Positions 28,037 through 35,023 of a stretch of 36,653 nucleotides of DNA are shown here, piece by piece. The position numbers were made by a program, and so were the translations under genes. Origin of the DNA: a virus (Duplodnaviria > Caudoviricetes); IMG/VR virus record IMGVR_UViG_3300033067_001732, positions 1 to 36,653 of that record; one strand, given 5' to 3'. The notes beneath the pieces are model-generated. The model saw only the letters and a program-made list of their open reading frames with translations. It was not told the origin of the DNA and did not search any database. Positions within the stretch are counted from its first letter, which is position 1; each line of letters begins with the position of its first letter.

Positions 28037-28480
28037 TTAGAATAATCTATTTATATTCTTTTTCTTAAGTATGTTTGTCTTTCTATCAAGGGTTTCAATC
28101 AACTCTTCTTTAAATTTGTTTCCAAGTGATTGATAAAATTTTGTTGGATTGATATTAAAATAGTCACATGTTTCCGAAAAAACATCGATTATTGAATGAT
28201 TAGGTCTAAGCTCATCTGAGATGTACTCATAAATTTCATTAATTTCTAATTTTTTTAATTTAACAGTTTGCTCAAACTCATTAATATCATTGAATTTTTT
28301 AAATCTTGAAGATTCTATTAACTGATGAATTTTTTTAACAATAATTCCTGTTTCAATTTTATCCTCTTCATCTCTATCGTCTAAATGGCTCGGTGCAATA
28401 TTAAACGAAAATAAAGGATCCATCTCGAATTCGCTGTCCTCGAAAGTGTTGTCGAATATTTTATCTCTATGTGTTCTCAT
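28037..28480 (-). CDS. Hypothetical protein, possibly late co-activator gp33-like
   Basis: C-terminal IIDVFSETCDYFNINPTKFYQSLGNKFKEELIETL echoes the gp33 pattern from memory; weak. Confidence 0.4.
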   Translation of the reverse strand: MRTHRDKIFDNTFEDSEFEMDPLFSFNIAPSHLDDRDEEDKIETGIIVKKIHQLIESSRFKKFNDINEFEQTVKLKKLEINEIYEYISDELRPNHSIIDVFSETCDYFNINPTKFYQSLGNKFKEELIETLDRKTNILKKKNINRLF

Positions 28481-29793
28481 TATAAGTTGTGTATATTTGA
28501 ATTTGTAACGTCGTCTGTTTCGGTAAGTCTCATGTAATTATAGTTTATGTCAAGTCTACATTTAACTCCCTTTCCTTCTCCATCTCTAATTTTAAGTACC
28601 TTTAACCAATACTCATTAGAGGCTCTCATTAAATCATCTTGAATAATTCCAAGCATTAAATCAGCAGTGTGTGAAAGTCCGGCAGATTCTGCAACGTCTC
28701 CCATTCCAATATCGCTTGAATTATAACCATTTCTATTGATCTGTGTTGCAGTTACAATTAACCATCCGTTACGTACTCCCATCGCTCTTAAATCTTCAGC
28801 AATTTGCTTAATTTTTAAGTACATATTTTCAGAGTTTGGATTTCTGTAGTTTGCTAAAATGTTTATGTAGTCAATTACAATACATCCTAACTTTATTTTT
28901 CTTTCCTCTTCAATTTGTTTTAAATAGGCTTCAATATCCGGGACGGTTGCCTGGGAAGTTGGAAATTGTTTTACAAATAATTGGCCCGGTGGAGTTAGTC
29001 CATCACCAACATTTTCAAGTTTTCTTTTAATTAAATCTTTGTTCTTTGCCTTTGTTTCATATTCACTCATTGGAATTGTTAAAAGGTTTGCTCCAATTCT
29101 TTTAAGAACTTTATGAGCTGCCATCTCTGCAGAAACAAATGCAGTATTAACTCCCATTTTAACAAAGTTTGCAGCATCATTCGCCAAATAAATTGACTTT
29201 CCAATATTCTGCTCTCCAACATAAACTACTAATGAACCATCTTTATCATAACCTCCTGAAAGTAATCTATCAAGAAATGAATATCCTGAAGAAATTTTTA
29301 CTCTGCCTTCTTGATAGTGGTCATCTGGATTAAAGAAATCAAGACCAATATCGGAATTAAATACAATTGAGTTTCTATCATTGATTAAAGACTTAACCTT
29401 AGAGATAATAGAATCAGCATTATCGGGTGTAACTTCAGTTGTTTTAATGTACTCAATGGTATCGATCAAGGTTGTATCAAACGTCCTCCATTTAATCCAA
29501 GCCTCGGCGGTTGATACTAACCACTCTTCATCAAATTGTGTCAGATCTGTCTTATAAACCAACTCTATGATTGATTCATCCACCTTACCTTTAAACTTTG
29601 GGCTTTGTACAAGAATTTTCATTTGTTCAGCCTTTGGTGATTCATGAAATTTTTCATGAAACTTAGTAGCTAAGAAATGCATCGTATCTATTTCCTCTGA
29701 TGTGTAGAATCCTTTATGTATTTTTTCTAAGTACTTTGGCTTTGCCAAAGATAACTTAAAGAATATTTTTTCAAAATCTTGTCCGAACTTCAT
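28480..29793 (-). CDS. gp41: Replicative DnaB-like helicase (gp41)
   Basis: GEQNIGKS, SAEM, IVIDYINI, IAEDLRAM, TATQINR, AESAGLSHTAD. Confidence 0.95.
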   Translation of the reverse strand: MKFGQDFEKIFFKLSLAKPKYLEKIHKGFYTSEEIDTMHFLATKFHEKFHESPKAEQMKILVQSPKFKGKVDESIIELVYKTDLTQFDEEWLVSTAEAWIKWRTFDTTLIDTIEYIKTTEVTPDNADSIISKVKSLINDRNSIVFNSDIGLDFFNPDDHYQEGRVKISSGYSFLDRLLSGGYDKDGSLVVYVGEQNIGKSIYLANDAANFVKMGVNTAFVSAEMAAHKVLKRIGANLLTIPMSEYETKAKNKDLIKRKLENVGDGLTPPGQLFVKQFPTSQATVPDIEAYLKQIEEERKIKLGCIVIDYINILANYRNPNSENMYLKIKQIAEDLRAMGVRNGWLIVTATQINRNGYNSSDIGMGDVAESAGLSHTADLMLGIIQDDLMRASNEYWLKVLKIRDGEGKGVKCRLDINYNYMRLTETDDVTNSNIHNL

Positions 29794-29838
29794 TTAGTTT
29801 ATTTTTATACTAATTATATTAAAAGATATAGATTAGTT

Positions 29839-30150
29839 TTATTGGAATGGATTTATTTTTATTGTGTAAGTTTCCTTACCTTCTTCAAATCGAGTTTGTT
29901 CAATTAAGCCTAAGTTAATTGCTTGCTCTATTCCCTTCTCGGTATTTTCAATATTACCCTTTGTATGATACTTTAATAAAGATGCCTTTGAGAATCCATA
30001 TTGCGGGCGAGATGGTCTGTTGATGTTTTCAACTACATAAATATAAATTATGTCAAAAGCATCCGGAAAGTTTTCAAGTTCTTCCTGGATGCCTAGTACA
30101 TATTTTATAGGTAGTTTATCTTCATCAATTTTAAAAAGATTTAACTCCAT
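29839..30150 (-). CDS. Hypothetical protein (possible winged helix)
   Basis: C-terminal EKGIEQAINLGLIEQ..ETYTI helix plus hairpin pattern. Confidence 0.5.
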   Translation of the reverse strand: MELNLFKIDEDKLPIKYVLGIQEELENFPDAFDIIYIYVVENINRPSRPQYGFSKASLLKYHTKGNIENTEKGIEQAINLGLIEQTRFEEGKETYTIKINPFQ

Positions 30151-30152
30151 AT

Positions 30153-31259
30153 TTAATCCATTGAATTTTCTAACATTTCCTCAATATCCAATCCGCCTGC
30201 GTCTGCGTTATAATTAAATATTGGGTGAATGTGGGCATCAATTTTTTCAAGTACTTCCTTTGTAAATACCTTGTCCGTGAAGAATTCTGCATTAGAAACT
30301 ACTTCATCTAAATGTTCACAAATCCAACCACGTGCAGTTGCCTTTGGTACTTTAACACCCTTTTCAATAGAACCTCTTGTAATTCCACAGATATCCCATG
30401 TTGCATAGTGTTCAAGACCAACGTATGGATTCATACCTTTACTAAAATCAAGGTGAAATTTAATAGGAGTTGGTTTTGCAAAACGATTTTTGCTTGGCTT
30501 GGCAGTTACAATAATACCAACTTTATCGGCACCGTCTTTTAATTGTGCTTTATTTAACATAAGTACAATAGACGCAGCATACTCGGGTCCTGTTCCTCCA
30601 CCTGCAATTTGTTGTGGAATAAAGGACTGCGATTGATATGTATGATTCGTAAAAATAAAAGGAATCTTTAAATCAGCCAATGGAGTCATAATAATCCTAA
30701 AGATTGATTTAAGAATTTTAGAACGAGTCATATCTGCTTTATCAGATCCGGTTGCAGCATCGTCAATTTCCTTTTGTGTTGCTAAGTTACCTGCAGAATC
30801 CAGAATAATCATAAGCTTTGGAATTTCTCCTCCCTTGCGCTTAATTTCTTGCATCTTTTGAGTAATAGTAGTAATAGATGTTCTAAAATCCTGTACTGTA
30901 TTTACTGGTTGGTAATTTACCTTAGTAACATCAATTCCAAATTTAATCATTTGGTCTTTATCTACAGCGGCTTCTGAATCATAATAAATTACACTATACC
31001 CCATATTGATTGCTTCTCTTACTGAATTTAGTGTAAGGAAGGTTTTACCAGTACCTGAAGGCCCTGCAACCGAGCATGATCTGTTATTTGGCCATCCTCT
31101 AAAAAGAGAACCACTTACGCATGCGTTTAGGTGATAATTACCGGTATGAATCCATTCAGTAACTTCAGAGAAGTTTGATTGGTCCATTACAGATCCCAGC
31201 GGATTTATTCCGGCCAATTCTTTGTTTAAATCCTCGAATGTAAAATTATTCTTTGCCAT
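30153..31259 (-). CDS. uvsX: RecA-like recombinase UvsX
   Basis: TGNYHLNACVSG, AGPSGTGKT, YYDSE, ILDSAGNL, TNHTY, GGGTGPEY, KNRF. Confidence 0.95.
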   Translation of the reverse strand: MAKNNFTFEDLNKELAGINPLGSVMDQSNFSEVTEWIHTGNYHLNACVSGSLFRGWPNNRSCSVAGPSGTGKTFLTLNSVREAINMGYSVIYYDSEAAVDKDQMIKFGIDVTKVNYQPVNTVQDFRTSITTITQKMQEIKRKGGEIPKLMIILDSAGNLATQKEIDDAATGSDKADMTRSKILKSIFRIIMTPLADLKIPFIFTNHTYQSQSFIPQQIAGGGTGPEYAASIVLMLNKAQLKDGADKVGIIVTAKPSKNRFAKPTPIKFHLDFSKGMNPYVGLEHYATWDICGITRGSIEKGVKVPKATARGWICEHLDEVVSNAEFFTDKVFTKEVLEKIDAHIHPIFNYNADAGGLDIEEMLENSMD

Positions 31260-31437
31260 CTTTTAGTTTTTTATTTTCTTTTTTTCTTAAATCCTCTAAC
31301 TCTTCAATAAGACCTTGTGCCTCATATTGAATTATCGTCATTTGTTTTTGTAATGTTTCAAGTCTTTGATTAATTCTTTTATATGAATTAACATAGGACA
31401 ATTGTTCTGGTGTAAGATTTTCGATATTTATATCCAT
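31246..31437 (-). CDS. Small coiled-coil hypothetical protein
   Basis: 63 aa with a heptad pattern; tightly coupled to both neighbours. Confidence 0.6.
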   Translation of the reverse strand: MDINIENLTPEQLSYVNSYKRINQRLETLQKQMTIIQYEAQGLIEELEDLRKKENKKLKDGKE

Positions 31438-31438
31438 G

Positions 31439-32638
31439 TTAAAATAATGAAGTTGAATAAATTAAATTTCTGTTTAATGAATGTAATCCTACAGCAACAA
31501 GTACTCTGTTCAATGGATCAATTACACTTTTTTCAAATTGTAATTCATAATCAACAGGGGGAGCAATCTCATATGGATGCGAACCAGGTTGATATGCAAA
31601 TATTTCACAAGTTGAATGTTTACAATGATACAGTTTTAGCTTTTCACCATTACCAATCATCTTATATTTGTTTTTATATTTGGGATTAGTATTCATTAAG
31701 AAATTATAAAATCCCGCCGCCTTAACATTAGGAGGACATTTAAGTCCATATTGAAATTCAATAGTATCATCTACGATATATTTTTCAATATTATTGGTTC
31801 TTTTATTAAAACAAATTTCATCAATGCTTGCCAATTGAAATTCTTTCTTACATTGTTTTAAATAATCAACAAGCTTCTTTAATAAAGATGCTGTTGGTTT
31901 TTCAGAAAGAATTAATTTTAAAGCTTCTGTTAAGTGCTTTCTTGCAATTGCAGGTGTTGAACTTTGAATAGTATCATATCCAATGGTCTTTATCTTCTTA
32001 AGAGATGGATATCTTTCATCGATTGCAATTTTATCTTCCCATGCAATATTTTGTAAATACTTCTTCTTTGCTAACCAAATTCCAGAATATGCAATTGTTT
32101 CTAACTCAAAAACAAGAAAGTTTTCAGTATTTGTGGCTTCAGCGTACTTTTCCATACATTTAAAAATATACTCTTTAAGTCTAAAGTTGTATATTTCCAT
32201 AATGAACTGGTCAATTGTAAGCTTCTTTTCGCCAAGCCATTCAATAGATTCGTACATTTCCTCAAACTGAACATAGCATGAATCTGTATCAATGTACACA
32301 ACTGAAGGTCTTACGATTCTATTTTTTACATTAATATTTAGAAATTCATGTACTGCCTTGTCTTTATGCCAAAATTCTTGAAAATACTTATTAAGAATTT
32401 TTTCAGAATATAGAATCGCAGATTGTCCCTGTAAGGTAATTGATTCTGCGATGTCTATATTAAAAAAGTGAAACCACTTATTACCAAATGCACCATAGAT
32501 AGAGTTAAGCATTACCTTAACGGCTTGTTCATATGCTGTATATTTGGCAGACAATGTTGAATAATGCTCTACCAAGATTTTAATCTCTTCTTGTGTCAGA
32601 TCTTTCTCTGGCTTTAGTATTAATTCATCAATTGTCAT
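31439..32638 (-). CDS. gp43: Family B DNA polymerase, C-terminal subunit only (split gp43)
   Basis: Motif B KVMLNSIYGAFG, ITLQGQ, motif C YIDTDS, KKKY and IQSSTP are present; no exonuclease motifs and no motif A; 399 aa. Confidence 0.9.
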   Translation of the reverse strand: MTIDELILKPEKDLTQEEIKILVEHYSTLSAKYTAYEQAVKVMLNSIYGAFGNKWFHFFNIDIAESITLQGQSAILYSEKILNKYFQEFWHKDKAVHEFLNINVKNRIVRPSVVYIDTDSCYVQFEEMYESIEWLGEKKLTIDQFIMEIYNFRLKEYIFKCMEKYAEATNTENFLVFELETIAYSGIWLAKKKYLQNIAWEDKIAIDERYPSLKKIKTIGYDTIQSSTPAIARKHLTEALKLILSEKPTASLLKKLVDYLKQCKKEFQLASIDEICFNKRTNNIEKYIVDDTIEFQYGLKCPPNVKAAGFYNFLMNTNPKYKNKYKMIGNGEKLKLYHCKHSTCEIFAYQPGSHPYEIAPPVDYELQFEKSVIDPLNRVLVAVGLHSLNRNLIYSTSLF

Positions 32639-32640
32639 TA

Positions 32641-33393
32641 TTATTCAGGGTTTTGGCAAGTAGCGATTGTTAACAGTGTTTCTGAATCTTTAGAGCGAAG
32701 CACTACACGATTTTCCATTACATTTGCTGTGTAATCTTCTTTGTCTAATAAATTTAAATACTTTTTGAAAAGAGTAACATCAGTTCCATTAGTTCCTTCG
32801 AAACCATCAGTAACTAAATAGTTGTAGGTTTTTCCTTTCATTCTTACTCCATCTTTGTTAGTAGTAATTGAAAAGGTTTCTTCTTTGTCCAATCCAAATA
32901 ATGAACGAACTTTAGAAATTGCAGTGTAGTCCATGTCAAATACACAGTCGGCGGCTTCAACATTAAAAATAGATTGGATTTGAGAATCTGTTAAATCTTT
33001 ATAACCTAATGAAGGTTCAGAACATGCTAATTTAATTTCAAGCTCATCATTATAAATTTTAAATTCAGTAGCAACAAAATCTTCCTCATTTTCCATGAAT
33101 TCGATTTCAGCTTTAACATTACCAAATTCAAATTGTTTAAATGCATCCGTTAAACGAGAAGCATCAAAGAAAGCAATTTTTAATTCTTTAGTTGGAATAG
33201 TTGCATCGTCAATTTGAAATACTTGTCCTACTGGGATTCTGTGATGTTTTACAGCATCTCTTTGTGGCAAATACGCCGAAGCTTGAACTACTCCATCTTT
33301 AATTTTAAAGTAAATGAATGTATCGATTACTTTAAGTCGATTCACAAAACCGATGAAATTGTTTTGGTCTACTTTGTCAATTGTGATTTTCAT
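32641..33393 (-). CDS. gp45: Sliding clamp (gp45-like)
   Basis: 250-aa acidic alpha/beta protein heading the replication operon next to the polymerase; assignment mostly from size and context. Confidence 0.55.
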   Translation of the reverse strand: MKITIDKVDQNNFIGFVNRLKVIDTFIYFKIKDGVVQASAYLPQRDAVKHHRIPVGQVFQIDDATIPTKELKIAFFDASRLTDAFKQFEFGNVKAEIEFMENEEDFVATEFKIYNDELEIKLACSEPSLGYKDLTDSQIQSIFNVEAADCVFDMDYTAISKVRSLFGLDKEETFSITTNKDGVRMKGKTYNYLVTDGFEGTNGTDVTLFKKYLNLLDKEDYTANVMENRVVLRSKDSETLLTIATCQNPE

Positions 33394-33422
33394 GTTTATT
33401 ATTTAAATATTATTATTTAAGT

Positions 33423-33451
33423 ATTATAATGAAAATATTGGTTTTGTTTCA
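33423..33451 (-). promoter_or_regulatory. Putative pre-replicative promoter TGAAAC-N17-TATAAT (clamp/polymerase operon)
   Basis: Same architecture at 14422-14450 and 23477-23505. Confidence 0.75.
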
Positions 33452-33452
33452 T

Positions 33453-33479
33453 AAAAAAACCTGGATAATCCAGGTTTTT
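33453..33479 (-). terminator. Terminator-like hairpin
   Basis: AAAAACCTGGA-TTA-TCCAGGTTTTTTT on the minus strand. Confidence 0.75.
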
Positions 33480-33507
33480 GTTAAGTTAATTTATTAATTC
33501 TTAGCTT

Positions 33508-34056
33508 TTAACTGTTAAACTCGTTAACTGCATCTGCATATTGTTTAATTAATTTTACAAATCCAGGTGAATTGAACGCTGTGTTTAATTCTTCTACAAA
33601 AAATTTACCAGTCCCTTCATATCCACCGTCTACTTTTGGTAGCATCATCGGTATTTCTCTAGTAATTGATTTTTCTCCTATTTTAATTTGGAAATATGAA
33701 ACCATTGAAGTTTTACTTCTGTTATCCATACTGTTAAAACTACGAGAAACAACATATACTATACGAAATAACTCGACATTTTGATAATTTACGAAAGAGA
33801 TATTAGACTCTTGATTTCTATTTAACCTCATGAAATTTTCATGAAAATGTCCAATATCGGATAATTTATCAGCCTCTGGAAGAGGGCGATTTACGTTTAC
33901 CCATGGGATAGATTCTTCATCATTTTTTCCTTTTTTAAATTTTCTAAATGCAGGAAGATCTGGTATTTGTACTGTAATTTCATCTGCTAATTTTTTTAAA
34001 TCTTTTTTTAGAATTTTCTCGTTTACAAACGATTCGAATAATTGAATGTGTTTCAT
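33508..34056 (-). CDS. Hypothetical protein with a capsid-targeting-like leader
   Basis: MKHIQLFESFVNE leader; own promoters and terminator. Confidence 0.75.
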   Translation of the reverse strand: MKHIQLFESFVNEKILKKDLKKLADEITVQIPDLPAFRKFKKGKNDEESIPWVNVNRPLPEADKLSDIGHFHENFMRLNRNQESNISFVNYQNVELFRIVYVVSRSFNSMDNRSKTSMVSYFQIKIGEKSITREIPMMLPKVDGGYEGTGKFFVEELNTAFNSPGFVKLIKQYADAVNEFNS

Positions 34057-34073
34057 AATTTTGTTTTTGTTTA

Positions 34074-34081
34074 CAAATATA
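34074..34081 (-). promoter_or_regulatory. Bacteroidota-type -7 promoter element TATATTTG
   Basis: Fits the TAnnTTTG consensus, 17 nt upstream of the ATG. Confidence 0.6.
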
Positions 34082-34147
34082 ATAATTTTATATGAAATAA
34101 AAAAATATATTTAGGATTTTTTATATATCTTTTAAATTTCACTAAAC

Positions 34148-34233
34148 ATAAAAAAGCAGGGAGTAGCGAATTCCCTGCTTAACTTCCGCGAACTAGTCCC
34201 GGTCCTAAAATGCAACCATGTTTCAGATTGCCG
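34148..34233 (-). repeat. Structured direct repeat, copy A (ends in a terminator hairpin)
   Basis: Matches 34931-35018 except one substitution and a short variable linker; GC-rich in an AT-rich context. Confidence 0.95.
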
Positions 34234-34238
34234 TATTT

Positions 34239-34361
34239 TTATCCTTCATGCCATTCCCATACAAATCCAGCGTGAGACTTTGACTTTTTGTTACAACAAC
34301 TTATAACATTAGATGGTGTATATCCATCATATTTAACTAGTCTTGCATAGTCGTAGGCAAC
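34239..34361 (-). pseudogene. Startless NUMOD1-like homing-endonuclease C-terminal remnant
   Basis: Manual translation VAYDYARLVKYDGYTPSNVISCCNKKSKSHAGFVWEWHEG*; in-frame TAA directly upstream. Confidence 0.6.
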
Positions 34362-34417
34362 TTAGCCTCGTTTAAATTCTCATTCAAGAATCCTTCAAAT
34401 GTGTTTATGTGTTTCAT
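34337..34417 (-). pseudogene. 26-aa ORF made almost entirely of the capsid-targeting-like leader (probably truncated)
   Basis: ATG at 34417 after an A/T-rich spacer: MKHINTFEGFLNENLNEAKLPTTMQD*. Confidence 0.55.
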
Positions 34418-34431
34418 ATTTATATTTATAT

Positions 34432-34824
34432 TTATATTGTTTTTACCAGACGAACTGAATAGGCCTGACCTGCGCCAGTAAAGTATTCTTGTTTTCCTGT
34501 ACCAAAGTTTTGAACCCAAACTGCATTTTTACCAAATGTTTCAGAAGACATGTAAAACGCATTCATTCTAAGGTTTGGTAATAGGGTAACATTTTGGTAC
34601 ATTGTTGCTAATTCATCTTTAGTTGGTACTCTCCAACCTTTACCCATTTTCTTGGCTAAACGGTTTGCATTAACCAATTTAAGGTCTGTGCCGTTAAGTT
34701 CAGTTAAGTCGCGTTCTGCAACTTCAATGTTACCGATTGTAATAGGGTTTCCAATTACATCAGATGCTGTATATAACCCAGCAATCTCATTAATAAAGTC
34801 TTCGTATAATTTAATATATTTCAT
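34432..34824 (-). CDS. DUF1566/Lcl-like C-type-lectin-fold protein with a capsid-targeting-like leader
   Basis: GWRVPTKDEL, FYMSSE, AVWVQNF..G and terminal YSVRLVK; leader MKYIKLYEDFINE. Confidence 0.7.
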   Translation of the reverse strand: MKYIKLYEDFINEIAGLYTASDVIGNPITIGNIEVAERDLTELNGTDLKLVNANRLAKKMGKGWRVPTKDELATMYQNVTLLPNLRMNAFYMSSETFGKNAVWVQNFGTGKQEYFTGAGQAYSVRLVKTI

Positions 34825-34875
34825 AATTTTTATTATTTTTATCTATATATCTGTATTATTGTTTGATTTAAAATA

Positions 34876-34883
34876 CAAATATA
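34876..34883 (-). promoter_or_regulatory. Bacteroidota-type -7 promoter element TATATTTG
   Basis: Fits TAnnTTTG; shares the context ATTATATTTGTA with the copy at 34074. Confidence 0.6.
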
Positions 34884-34930
34884 ATCACAATATTTTAATC
34901 GGGAAAACTTTTTATGTTAAATTTTTAAAA

Positions 34931-35018
34931 ATAAAAAAGCAGGGAGTAGCGAATTCCCTGCTTGACACCTCCGTGAACTAGTCCCGGTCCTAAAATGCAA
35001 CCATGTTTCAGATTGCCG
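34931..35018 (-). repeat. Structured direct repeat, copy B (directly after the nrdA stop)
   Basis: See copy A; begins 5 nt after the nrdA TAA. Confidence 0.95.
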
Positions 35019-35023
35019 GTTTC

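Noticed and set aside
34335-34342. AACTAGTC near the scar, identical to the middle hairpin loop of the repeat
   Set aside because: An 8-bp match can easily arise by chance, and the junction cannot be placed exactly.
34337-34519. 60-aa ORF as called in the track
   Set aside because: The upstream part overlaps the lectin-fold gene and an ATATAA spacer; the ATG at 34417 with the shared leader is the more plausible start.
2392-34981. Many 60-140 aa plus-strand and nested ORFs (e.g. 2392, 3463, 10301, 19540, 20305, 24347, 31983, 34652)
   Set aside because: They lie antisense to or inside well-supported genes and have the Ser/Leu/Phe-rich composition typical of shadows.
34148-35018. Repeat pair as a CRISPR array, tRNA or IS ends
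   Set aside because: Only two direct copies 783 bp apart; no spacer periodicity, no cloverleaf or T-loop, no transposase.
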